Assembly (NCBI GenBank): GCA_965248835.1
Contig: CBDFLJ010000002.1
Coordinates: 1,984,001-2,048,000 of the forward strand
Origin: Alphaproteobacteria bacterium
GTDB taxonomy: Bacteria; Pseudomonadota; Alphaproteobacteria; MPNO01
Reading direction: 5' to 3'
Length of the DNA: 64,000 nt
Shown here: positions 10,429 to 19,042 of the stretch, in pieces
Numbering within the stretch: the stretch's first letter is position 1
Layout: the number at the start of each line of letters is the position of its first letter
Translations under genes and position numbers: made by a program
The notes under the pieces: generated by a model
Database searches by the model: none
What the model was told of the DNA's origin: nothing
The model's input: only the letters and a program-made list of their open reading frames with translations

Positions 10429-12080
10429 CACGCCGAGTCCAGCGCCCGCGCCTGCTCGCGCAGGATGAATTTCTGGATCTTGCCGGTCGAGGTCTTGGGC
10501 AGCGCGCCGAAGACGACCGTCTTGGGCGCCTTGAAGTGGGCCATGTTGTCGCGGCAGAAGGCGATGATGCCGGCCTCGTCGGCCTGCGCGCCCTCGCGCA
10601 AGGTCACGAACGCGCACGGCGCCTCGCCCCATTTCTCATCCGGCCGGGCGGCGACCGCAGCCTCGAGCACCGCCGGGTGGCGGTAGAGCACGCTTTCGAT
10701 CTCGATGCTGGAGATGTTCTCCCCGCCGGAAATGATGATGTCCTTGGACCGGTCCTTGAGCTCGACATAACCGTCGGCGTGCCAGACCCCAAGGTCGCCG
10801 GAGTGAAACCATCCGCCGGCAAACGCCTCGCGGGTCGCCGCTTGGTTCTTCAGATAACCCTTCATGACGATGTTGCCGCGGTGAAAGACCTCGCCCATGG
10901 TCTCGCCGTCGCGCGGCACGGGTTCGAGCGTTTGCGGGTCGGCGACCATGATCGCCTCCTGCACCGGATAGGTGACGCCCTGGCGCGACTTGAGCGCCGC
11001 GCGGTCCGCCGTCGGCCTGGCGTCCCAGTCGGCGTGCCAGGCGCACACCACATCGGGGCCATAGGTCTCGGTCAGCCCGTAGACATGGGTGACGTGGAAA
11101 CCGGCCGCCTCCATGGCCTCGATCACTGCGGGCGGCGGCGGCGCGCCCGCGGTCATCACCTCGACCGTCCGGCCGAGCGGGCGCCGCTCGGCCTCGGTGG
11201 CGTTGGCGAGCATGTTGAGCACGATCGGAGCGCCGCAGAAATGGGTCACGTCGTGGCTTGCGATCGCTTCATAGATCGCGCCCGGCTCGACCCGGCGCAG
11301 GCACACATGGGTGCCGGCAAGCGCGGTGACCGTCCACGGAAAGCACCAGCCGTTGCAATGGAACATCGGCAGCGTCCACAGATAGACCGGGTGCGGCGGG
11401 ATCGCCTGCGCGAGCTGGTTTCCCAACGCGTTCAGATAGGCGCCGCGGTGGTGGTAGACCACCCCTTTGGGGTTGCCGGTCGTCCCCGAAGTGTAGTTCA
11501 GCGAGATCGCGTCCCACTCGTCTTCCGGCGGCTGCCAGTCGAAGCTGCGGTCGCCGCCTTCCAGCAAGTTCTCGTACGCGACATCGCCGATGCACGCCCC
11601 GCCGTCGGCCAGCGGATCGTCGATATCGACGACGAACGGCCGCGCCTTCGCCTGCTCCAGCGCCGCCGCGACGACCGGCGAGAATTCGCTGTCGGTGATC
11701 AGGACCCTGGCCTCGCCGTGATCGAGGATGAAGGCGATCGTCTCGGCATCGAGCCGGATGTTGATCGCATTGAGCACCGCGCCGGTCATCGGCACGCCGA
11801 AATGGGCTTCGAAGATCGCCGGCACGTTGGGCGCGAAGACCGCCACGGTGTCGCCCTTGCCGATCCCGCGGCGGACCAGGGCGCTCGCCAGGGCGCGACA
11901 GCGCGCCTCGGTCTCGCGCCAGGTCCTGCGGATCGTGCCGTGGACGACCGCAGGCCGGTCGGGAAAGACCGAAGCGGTGCGCGCCAGGAAGCTGAGCGGG
12001 GTCAGGACGGCGTAGTTGGCCGGGTTCCGATCCAGCCCGACCGCGTAGGGGTCGGTCCGTCCGTCATCGGATCCAGCCAT
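10428..12080 (-). CDS. Acyl-CoA synthetase (AMP-binding; DmdB-like short-chain family)
   Basis: LNYTSGTTGNPKGV, YGLTE, WFHSGD, SGGENISS, PKTSTGKIQK all intact. Confidence 0.92.
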   Translation of the reverse strand: MAGSDDGRTDPYAVGLDRNPANYAVLTPLSFLARTASVFPDRPAVVHGTIRRTWRETEARCRALASALVRRGIGKGDTVAVFAPNVPAIFEAHFGVPMTGAVLNAINIRLDAETIAFILDHGEARVLITDSEFSPVVAAALEQAKARPFVVDIDDPLADGGACIGDVAYENLLEGGDRSFDWQPPEDEWDAISLNYTSGTTGNPKGVVYHHRGAYLNALGNQLAQAIPPHPVYLWTLPMFHCNGWCFPWTVTALAGTHVCLRRVEPGAIYEAIASHDVTHFCGAPIVLNMLANATEAERRPLGRTVEVMTAGAPPPPAVIEAMEAAGFHVTHVYGLTETYGPDVVCAWHADWDARPTADRAALKSRQGVTYPVQEAIMVADPQTLEPVPRDGETMGEVFHRGNIVMKGYLKNQAATREAFAGGWFHSGDLGVWHADGYVELKDRSKDIIISGGENISSIEIESVLYRHPAVLEAAVAARPDEKWGEAPCAFVTLREGAQADEAGIIAFCRDNMAHFKAPKTVVFGALPKTSTGKIQKFILREQARALDSA

Positions 12081-12193
12081 CGCCCGTCTCCCTGATTGCC
12101 CCTGTCGCTGCCGAGAATAAGGCGGCGCGGATCGGACGCAAGGAAATGATGGCCGGGCCGCTTCGCCGCACAAGCCGGTGGCGGGAAGATGTG

Positions 12194-13072
12194 CTACCGC
12201 CCGTCGAAGGCGAAGCGGAACCCGTCGGCGGTGCGCCGGATGCGGCCGGCGGACGGCGTGGGAAAATGCGCCGGCATCACCAGCGCGTCGGTCTCGGCGT
12301 GGCGTTCGAGGAACGCCCTTCGGGTGCCGTGAGACTGCGCCGGATCGACGCAGAAACAGCTGCTGAGCTGCGGTTCGGCGCATTGCAGCGGATGATGCAT
12401 CAGATCGCCGCTCATCACCGCCTCGCGCCCGCCGCCGCAGATGCGCACGCAGACGTGGCCCGGCGTGTGGCCGCGCGAGGGCTCCAGGCGCACCCAGGGG
12501 TCGATCTCATGGTCGCCCGCGACGAAATCGACCAGCCCGGCGGCGATCACCGGCAGGATGCAGTCCTCATAATAGGGATCGTCGGTAAACCGGTCGGTCT
12601 CGTACTCGGCCTCCCAGAACGCCCATTCCTGCCGGTCGAACAGATAGCGTGCATTGGGGAAGGTCGGCACCCAGCGCCCGTCGACCAGCCGTGTGTTCCA
12701 GCCGACGTGATCGACATGGAGGTGGGTGCACAGCACATGACCGACCGCCTCGGGCGAGATCCCGGCCGCTCCGAGGTTCGCAAGATAGGGCCAGCTCTTT
12801 TGATGATAGCGCAGCTTGCCCGGCCGCTGGCGGTCATTGCCGCTGCAGGTATCGACCAGGATGACGCTGCGCGGCGTGGTGATGACGAAGCTGTGGAAGG
12901 CGACCACCAGCAGGCCGGTCGCCGGATCCAGCAGGTCCGGCTCCAGCCAGTCGCGATGACGGGCAATGATCGCGTCATCAGCCTCGGGCAGCAGCGCCGC
13001 CGGCGCGATCAGCGGCTGCTCGAATTCGAGCACGCGCGCGATCCGCACCTCCCCCAGTTGCCAGGTGCTCAT
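12194..13072 (-). CDS. MBL-fold metallo-hydrolase
   Basis: THLHVDHVGWN, GHTPGH, SGDLMH, PAHF zinc motifs. Confidence 0.9.
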   Translation of the reverse strand: MSTWQLGEVRIARVLEFEQPLIAPAALLPEADDAIIARHRDWLEPDLLDPATGLLVVAFHSFVITTPRSVILVDTCSGNDRQRPGKLRYHQKSWPYLANLGAAGISPEAVGHVLCTHLHVDHVGWNTRLVDGRWVPTFPNARYLFDRQEWAFWEAEYETDRFTDDPYYEDCILPVIAAGLVDFVAGDHEIDPWVRLEPSRGHTPGHVCVRICGGGREAVMSGDLMHHPLQCAEPQLSSCFCVDPAQSHGTRRAFLERHAETDALVMPAHFPTPSAGRIRRTADGFRFAFDGR

Positions 13073-13161
13073 CGGCGCTCTCCCGGAATGGTCGTATCCG
13101 GGATTAATCCATTGTTGAGCCCGGTCGGGCAAGGCGCCATGACCGAAGAGACCGTCGCGGT

Positions 13162-13668
13162 TCAGAGAACGCGGTGCATCACCAGGGCATCGACCGGTCC
13201 CTCGCGCGGGTGCTCGAACGCTGCGGGCAGGACCCCGACGGTCTCGAACCCGAACTGCGTCCACAGCCGAACCGCACGCCGGTTGGTCGCGACGACGAAG
13301 TTGAACTGCATCGCGCGGAAGCCGCGCGCCTTGGCGTGCGCGAGCGAGTGGGCGCACATCGCCCGCGCAATACCCCGGCCGGTGGCGGATTGCGCGCTCA
13401 CATAGCCGCAATTCGCGACATGGCCGCCGCCGCCCAGATGGTTGGCCCGCAGGTAATAGGTCCCCACGACCGCGCCGCCCTCGGCGGCGGCGAAGACCTC
13501 GTGGGCGGCATCCATCCAATATGCCAGGGCCTGCGTGCGCGACCAGTCGCGCGGCAGCGCGTAGGTCTCGCCCGCCCGCAGCACCGGCTTCAGGATTTGC
13601 CAGATCGCTTCGTGGTCGCCGGGCACGGCGCTGCGTATGATGATGTCGTGGCTCTGTTCGGAAAACAT
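13162..13668 (-). CDS. GNAT-family N-acetyltransferase
   Basis: GGGGHVANCGY, GRGIARAM acetyl-CoA motif, MQFNFVVATN. Confidence 0.88.
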   Translation of the reverse strand: MFSEQSHDIIIRSAVPGDHEAIWQILKPVLRAGETYALPRDWSRTQALAYWMDAAHEVFAAAEGGAVVGTYYLRANHLGGGGHVANCGYVSAQSATGRGIARAMCAHSLAHAKARGFRAMQFNFVVATNRRAVRLWTQFGFETVGVLPAAFEHPREGPVDALVMHRVL

Positions 13669-13721
13669 GGTCGACGGTTCACAATGGCCGAGCGCCGGAC
13701 GGCTGTGAAGCTGGAGGCTGA

Positions 13722-14948
13722 ATGCTGGACTTGATGCCCCGATTTCTCAACGGCCTGCTCGAGATCCCGGTCCACCATGTGCGCGGGGGAACCTCGACCG
13801 GGATCGTGCTGGACGAGCGCTGCCTGCCGGACCCGATCGGGCTGCGGGAGGAGGTGATCCGCGCCATCATGGGCGTGCCGCCGGCGGGCGAGGCGCCGGG
13901 CAACCGCCAGCTCACCGGGTTGGGGCGCGGGGTGAGCACCAGCAACAAGGTCTTCATCATCGGCCCGCCGAGCAGGCCCGATGCCGATATCGACAGCACG
14001 CTCGCCCAGCTCGCCTCCGACAAGAGCGCGATCGACTGGAGCGTGAACTGCGGCAACATGTCCGCCGCACTGCCCTTCGTCGCCTTCGAGGCGGGGCTGC
14101 TGGCGCCCGAGCCGGGCCCGACCCGGGTCCGTATCCACAACCGCAACACCGGCGTGATCACCCGGGCGCGGCTGAGCATGCCCGCATCGGGCGATGCGCC
14201 CCGATCCGATACCGCGATACCGGGTGTGCTGGGCGCATGGCCGGGCGTCTGGCTGTCGCTCGATTCGCCGGCCGGGGCGAAGACCGGCAAGCTGTTCCCG
14301 ACCGGGGCGCGGAGCGAGACCATCGGCGGCGTCAAGGTCTCCTGCGTCGACTTCGCGATGCCGATGGTGATTGCCCGCGCATCGGATTTCGGCTGCACCG
14401 CCGAAGAGCCGCCCGAACGGCTGGAGGCCGACGGTGCGCTCATCTCCGACATGCGCCGCCTGTGGGTCGCGGCCGGACTGAAGATGGGGCTTGCGCGCGA
14501 TGGCCGGCCGATGACCGCCGAAGAGCTCGCGGTCAGCGAGACCGTACCCAAGCTCTGCCTGATCGCCCCGCCCGACGAACGGGAGACCGCGCAGGGGGTC
14601 AATATCCGTGCGCGCTACTTCACGCCGCAGACCTGTCACCGCTCGATGGCGGTTACCGGAGGATCGTGCCTCGCCGCCGCCGCCCTTATCGGCGGCACGC
14701 TCGCCTGCGAGGTCGCGGCCGGGCTGGCGAGGCTCGGCGCGGAGCCCACCGAGCACGCCGTGGGGATCGGAAACCCCGCCGGCATCCTGGAGGCGAGGAT
14801 CACCGGATGCGAGCGCACCGGCTCGGTCGATATCACGGCTGCGTCCTATATGCGCAGTGCCCAGATCCTGCTGCGCGGCCACACACCGCTGTACAATGCC
14901 TCGCCGGAACTCCTGGCCCACTACCGCGGCTGCCTCCGGGCCGCCTGA
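13722..14948 (+). CDS. PrpF/AcnD-accessory family isomerase or tautomerase
   Basis: RGGTS, TSNKV, NCGNM, KTGKLFPTG, CHRSMAVTGG; start may be 13734. Confidence 0.85.
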   Translation: MLDLMPRFLNGLLEIPVHHVRGGTSTGIVLDERCLPDPIGLREEVIRAIMGVPPAGEAPGNRQLTGLGRGVSTSNKVFIIGPPSRPDADIDSTLAQLASDKSAIDWSVNCGNMSAALPFVAFEAGLLAPEPGPTRVRIHNRNTGVITRARLSMPASGDAPRSDTAIPGVLGAWPGVWLSLDSPAGAKTGKLFPTGARSETIGGVKVSCVDFAMPMVIARASDFGCTAEEPPERLEADGALISDMRRLWVAAGLKMGLARDGRPMTAEELAVSETVPKLCLIAPPDERETAQGVNIRARYFTPQTCHRSMAVTGGSCLAAAALIGGTLACEVAAGLARLGAEPTEHAVGIGNPAGILEARITGCERTGSVDITAASYMRSAQILLRGHTPLYNASPELLAHYRGCLRAA

Positions 14949-15112
14949 GCCGGTCCGGACGGTGAGCGATGGGGAGGCCGGGCGATGCCATCGCCGGGAC
15001 CGGGCGCGAACGTCGGACGGCACGGTCGGGCGGCGGACGCGGCACTGGCAAATCAAGTCGCGGGTTGCTATATAGCGCCAACGCGGGCCGCGCCTGGGCG
15101 CGGCGCCTCCGA

Positions 15113-15188
15113 TCCCCGGTAGCTCAGTTGGTAGAGCGGGTGGCTGTTAACCACCATGTCGCTGGTTCGAGTCCGGCCCGGGGAGCCA
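15113..15188 (+). tRNA. tRNA-Asn (GTT)
   Basis: TCCCCGG/CCGGGGA acceptor, AGCTCAGTTGGTAGAGC D-arm, CT-GTT-AA loop, GGTTCGAGTCC, CCA. Confidence 0.97.
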
Positions 15189-15226
15189 TTTTTTCGAGCG
15201 TGAACTACTGCGCCTCGAAAGTTAAC

Positions 15227-15262
15227 ACGAGGCCCCGAGGGGAAACCCCATCGGGGTCTCGT
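15227..15262. terminator. Strong hairpin downstream of tRNA-Asn, possible terminator
   Basis: ACGAGGCCCCGA-GGGG-AAA-CCCC-A-TCGGGGTCTCGT stem-loop between the tRNA and the convergent vapC; no clear U-tract. Confidence 0.55.
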
Positions 15263-15344
15263 CGTATCTGGTGTGTTTTCAAGGGGTTCCGCCCCCTCCT
15301 AAACCACGTCTGGGGACACAACCCGTGCGACGCGTCGGCCCGGC

Positions 15345-15737
15345 TCACAGCAGCGACACACCCTCAAGCTGTGCTGCCTTCTTATCGAAGGTGTACAGAG
15401 GATGGGCTCCGGATCGTTCTGCCGCTGCCAGGACCATCAGGTCGGAAAATCCCGCGCCAGCCGCCCGGTATCGGAACGCGGCACGGGCGACATCGTCGGC
15501 CTCCTCAATTACGAGACCCTCGGTCGCCACCAGTTCTTCCAATATCGTCGCAATCCGGTCACGGGAAAAGCCGTAGGCCCGTTCCAGCACCCAGACGAAC
15601 TCAACGGTAACCTCGCGGCAGACATAGCCGGGACGTTCGGTCGTGAGCGACTCCAGCAGCGCCCGGGCGGCCTCCGCTTGCTGCACATCGTCGCACACCA
15701 GATAGCGGACGAGAACGTTGGTATCGAGTGCGATCAT
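15345..15737 (-). CDS. vapC: Type II TA toxin, VapC (PIN domain)
   Basis: MIALDTNVLVR, E..WVL, FSD, TFDKK acidic PIN motifs; ATGA overlap with the antitoxin. Confidence 0.93.
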   Translation of the reverse strand: MIALDTNVLVRYLVCDDVQQAEAARALLESLTTERPGYVCREVTVEFVWVLERAYGFSRDRIATILEELVATEGLVIEEADDVARAAFRYRAAGAGFSDLMVLAAAERSGAHPLYTFDKKAAQLEGVSLL

Positions 15738-15967
15738 CCCTCAGCCGCCCCGTCGGCCACGGCCTGCTCCATCTCCTCCACGGTGACTGCGGGGCCGTCA
15801 CGCCGCAGCGTGCCGAACAACCGACTGATGGGGCGCACGGGCAGAATGCGTACCTCGCCGTCTGCTATGACATAGCGCACCCGGTCCCCAGCCTGCACGC
15901 CGAGCGTGTCCCGCACAGGCTTGGGAAGCGTTGTCTGTCCCTTCTTGGTAATCGAAGATTCGATCAT
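15734..15967 (-). CDS. AbrB/MazE-type antitoxin (VapB)
   Basis: MIESSITKKGQTTLPKPVRDTLGVQAGDRV swapped-hairpin motif, directly upstream of the PIN toxin. Confidence 0.9.
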   Translation of the reverse strand: MIESSITKKGQTTLPKPVRDTLGVQAGDRVRYVIADGEVRILPVRPISRLFGTLRRDGPAVTVEEMEQAVADGAAEG

Positions 15968-16007
15968 GGCTGCACCCCCCAAATCGACTTGTAAAATACG
16001 ATAAATC

Positions 16008-16030
16008 CTTACTGAAAGCGATAAAGTAAG
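16008..16030. promoter_or_regulatory. Putative VapB operator
   Basis: CTTACT-N11-AGTAAG inverted repeat in an AT-rich stretch about 40 nt upstream of the antitoxin start. Confidence 0.5.
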
Positions 16031-16520
16031 CAATATGATTCGTGTGTCTTGAGGCACATTGCCCCGCCAGACCCCTTCCCAGCGGCTTGATCCGACGTCG
16101 CCGGCGACGCGGCTCCTCGATTTTTCGCTTTGCGTTGTTTAACAGCCTGGTTCGCCTTGGCCCCGCATTTCGACATTTCCTAACCGGCTCCGATATGTAT
16201 CCAGCGGAAGTCGGACCACATGGGTCCGGCTGATCACCAGTTCGCCCAGGGCTACCGCCTGCAGAAGGACTGCCCTCCACGACACTGGAGGCCTGGGCAG
16301 CAACGCGTCTCGAGCCCGCGGCTTTCTTGGCCGGTTCCATCTTGCGCCAGAGCCATATCGATCCGGCGAAAGCAGGTTCGGCGAACCCGACGTCCCGAGT
16401 GCAATGTGGTTCGTCGGCCTCCCAGGACTCCATGTTGGCGGCTGCGTAGAGCGCAATTTCCCGCCTGCTTGATTCCCTCGACCCCTGGTTGGTCCTGGCG
16501 AACGAAGAGTGTCCTTACCG

Positions 16521-16552
16521 TCAGACCTGTTTACAGGCTATATTTGGTCTGA
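16521..16552. promoter_or_regulatory. Putative Phd/YefM operator
   Basis: TCAGACC-N18-GGTCTGA with nested CCTGT-TT-ACAGG, immediately before the AAAGGAGG RBS. Confidence 0.6.
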
Positions 16553-16565
16553 AAGGAGGCGGCTC

Positions 16566-16841
16566 ATGAAACTGTCCGACCAAATCAGGCCGATCAGTTA
16601 TCTCAAGGCCCACGCCGCCGAGATCGTGCGCACTCTCGGCGACCAGGGGGAACCCTTGATTATCACCCAGAACGGCGAGGCCAAGGTGGTCATCCAGGAT
16701 ATCGCCAGCTACGAACGGATGCAGGAAACCATTGCCCTGCTGAAGGTGCTCGCGCTGGGTGACCGCCAGGTCGAAGCGGGTCGGGTGCAACCCGCCGCCG
16801 ATGTCATCGCGCGGCTGCGGGAGCGGCAACGGGCTCGCTGA
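16566..16841 (+). CDS. Phd/YefM-family antitoxin
   Basis: IRPISYLKAHAAEIV...PLIITQNGEAKVVIQDIASYE; strong RBS. Confidence 0.92.
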   Translation: MKLSDQIRPISYLKAHAAEIVRTLGDQGEPLIITQNGEAKVVIQDIASYERMQETIALLKVLALGDRQVEAGRVQPAADVIARLRERQRAR

Positions 16842-17167
16842 TGCCCTTCCTGGTCCAGTTGACCGATGACGCGGCGCGCGGCCTGGAGGAGATTTGCGAC
16901 TACATCGACCGACACGACTCGGCCGCGAGTGCTGACCATGTGTTGGATCGGATCGAGAAGACGTTCGCCAACCTTTCGGAACATCCCCGGCGCGGCAGCT
17001 ACCCCAAGGAACTGCTGGACATTGGGCTTCGGGAGTACCGGGAGGTTTTCCTCAAGCCCTGCCGAATCATCTACCGAGTGGTCGAGGACAACGTCTACGT
17101 GATGGTGATCGCCGACGGGCGCCGCGACATGCGGGCGTTGCTGGAGCGGCGCCTGCTGCAGGCATGA
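16841..17167 (+). CDS. RelE/ParE-family toxin
   Basis: LEEICDYI, PRRG, YRE...RIIYRV...IADGRRD; TGATG coupling to the antitoxin. Confidence 0.9.
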   Translation: MPFLVQLTDDAARGLEEICDYIDRHDSAASADHVLDRIEKTFANLSEHPRRGSYPKELLDIGLREYREVFLKPCRIIYRVVEDNVYVMVIADGRRDMRALLERRLLQA

Positions 17168-17906
17168 GAGTCAGACCCGAAGAGAGTTGTTGTTTTTCAT
17201 TGCTTACCAATCTCCTGGTGAGGTGTTGGACGCCGGCGATGAAGAGCCGGGCCTGGGCAGCGGCGATGGTTGCCTCGAAGTCCTTTGCCGGCCGGCGGTT
17301 GCGGCTGCGCCAAGCCAGGGTGCGCTCGACCACCCAGCGGCGCGGCATCACCTGGAAGCCTTGCGTGGCGGCCCGCTTGACGATCTCCAGGGTCCAGCGG
17401 CCAACCCGCCTCAGCACCGCCTCGAGCTTGGGTCCGGCATAGCCGCCGTCGGCGAAGACGTGGCGCAGCCACGGGAAAGCGTGACGGATGGAAGCGAGCA
17501 CCGCAGGCGCCCCGTCGCGGTCCTGGATGTCGGCGGCATGGACCCGCGCGGTGACCAGCAGACCGCCGGTGTCGGTGAGGATATGACGCTTGCGGCCCTT
17601 GACCAACTTACCTGCGTCAAAACCCCGCGGTCCGCCGCTTTCCGTGGTCTTGACCGACCGGCTGTCGATGATCCCGGCACCCGGGCTGGCCCCGCGTCCC
17701 TCCGCCTCGCGCGCGGCCATCAGCAACCCATGGTTGACACCTTCCCAAACGCCATCGTCCCGCCACGCATAGAAGGAGCGTTGCACCCTCGCGCGCGTAT
17801 TTCGGGCGCGTGATTTCATTCCACATGTCGTGCCGCGATGTTTGTTGATCCACAACCATCCAAACACAACGCACTGAAATCACTCAATTTATTTCGGGCC
17901 GGACAC
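17168..17906 (-). mobile_element. IS5-family (IS1031-like) element with internally deleted transposase
   Basis: Imperfect terminal IRs GAGTCAGACCCGAA (17168-17181) and TTCGGGCCGGACAC (17893-17906); N-terminus MWNEITRPKYAREG joined out of frame to IIDSRSVKT...GRKRH...ADGGY...RRWVVERT (DDE core). Confidence 0.9.
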
Positions 17907-17909
17907 TAA

Positions 17910-18085
17910 CATCGAACATGGAATAGAGAAACATATCAAACGTTATCAATGTGGCTTTTTTTCAGAAAGGACTCGGACTGGGCTAATGAGGACGAATATA
18001 GATGGGTGATCCATCGACGCGCCAAGGGTCACATTTCTGTCCCGTTTGGTGACGCTCTCACATCAATAATTTTGGGAGCGGAGGG
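17910..18085 (+). pseudogene. Low-GC remnant of a DUF2971-like gene
   Basis: FFRKDSDWANEDEYRW and LTSIILG resemble the K-x2-W-x2-E-x-E-Y-R motif; AT-rich; 5' part absent at the IS boundary. Confidence 0.5.
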
Positions 18086-18113
18086 CCGCATATTCTGTCG
18101 CTGCAGATGGCAC

Positions 18114-18419
18114 TCATTCTTCGAGCGCACGCACGACCGCCTCGGGATCGCGCGCGATGACAGTCAGCAGGACACGGGCGGCGCGGTCCGGCACGCGGCG
18201 CCCCTGTTCCCAATCCTGCACGGCGCGGGCATCGAGGCCGAACCGGTCCGCAAACTTCTGGCGACTCAGCTTCATACGCTTGCGGAGCGCGAGAATGTGC
18301 TCTGCAGCGGGATCATCGACAATGCGGCACGGTAGATCTGCTTCGCCGCGTAGGTGGGCAAGAACCTCGCCCAAGGCTGCCTCGACCTCGCGACCCACCT
18401 GGGTTCGTTCCGTCGTCAT
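18114..18419 (-). CDS. HigA-like XRE/HTH antitoxin
   Basis: LRKRMKLSRQKFADRFGLDARAVQDWEQGRRVPDRAARVLL; ATGA overlap with the upstream toxin. Confidence 0.9.
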   Translation of the reverse strand: MTTERTQVGREVEAALGEVLAHLRGEADLPCRIVDDPAAEHILALRKRMKLSRQKFADRFGLDARAVQDWEQGRRVPDRAARVLLTVIARDPEAVVRALEE

Positions 18420-18747
18420 CGATTTGCCTCCTCTTTCTTGATCGCGGCCACCAGCCGCGAAAGGGCCTTCCTGTCTGCAGGCGTCAGGTCTTCGCGGTCG
18501 GCTTTCGCATAAGCTGTCAGCATGTAGATTGCCTCGGGCCCCACGTGGTGGAAGTAGATCGTTCGGATTCCGCCTCGCTTGCCCCGTCCCGATCCCGCCC
18601 AACGTAACTTGCGAATTCCTCCCGTTCCCCGGAGCAAAGGCGCACCGCCGGGATCGGCAACGATGGCAGCCTCCATTTCCCTGCGGTCCGCTTCCGATAT
18701 CAGCTTGCGGATCGCGCGCCGTAGGTCGTAGTGGCAAAGACCCGCAT
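18416..18747 (-). pseudogene. HigB/RelE-like toxin with a 1-nt deletion near the N-terminus
   Basis: ATG 18747 gives MRVFATTTY; frameshift at about 18720; continues RAIRKLISEADRREME...GTGGIRKLRW...GKRGGIRTIYF...YAK. Confidence 0.8.
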
Positions 18748-18757
18748 CACTCTGATC

Positions 18758-18782
18758 TGCGGCAATGCCGCAAATATGTCAA
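18758..18782 (-). promoter_or_regulatory. higBA promoter -35 (TTGACA) and operator palindrome
   Basis: Perfect TGCGGCA-A-TGCCGCA (18758-18772) between TTGACA (18782-18777, minus strand) and the ATG at 18747. Confidence 0.65.
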
Positions 18783-18884
18783 ACGCTTGATTGTAATGAC
18801 GTGGCGCACGGTCGCCTAAGGGCGCGACTGCTTCGCCCCTCGAACGGCCTCCTCTCGCCCCCGACACCTACGGTTCGGAGACGA

Positions 18885-18934
18885 TGTCAACGGCGGTTGA
18901 AGATTCGGCCAAAGGGCGGAGCAAAAGACTGCCA
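18885..18934 (+). mobile_element. Isolated IS21-family terminal sequence
   Basis: Begins TGTCAACGGCGG and has two internal GGCGG-N-AA-N-GCCA repeats typical of IS21 ends; no istA/istB nearby. Confidence 0.55.
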
Positions 18935-19042
18935 TCCGCGGGCGTGTCGGCCGGCTTTGGACATTGCCTTCGGTTTGTGCGCTGTAGGGTGTTCGACAAC
19001 CCGCCGGGGCCGGCGCCGCGCTGCGCGTCCGTGTGAACGCGG

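Noticed and set aside
15113-19042. Intact prophage or integrative element at tRNA-Asn (also considered at tRNA-Cys and tRNA-Glu)
   Set aside because: No integrase, phage or conjugation genes, and no duplicated tRNA 3' end found by eye
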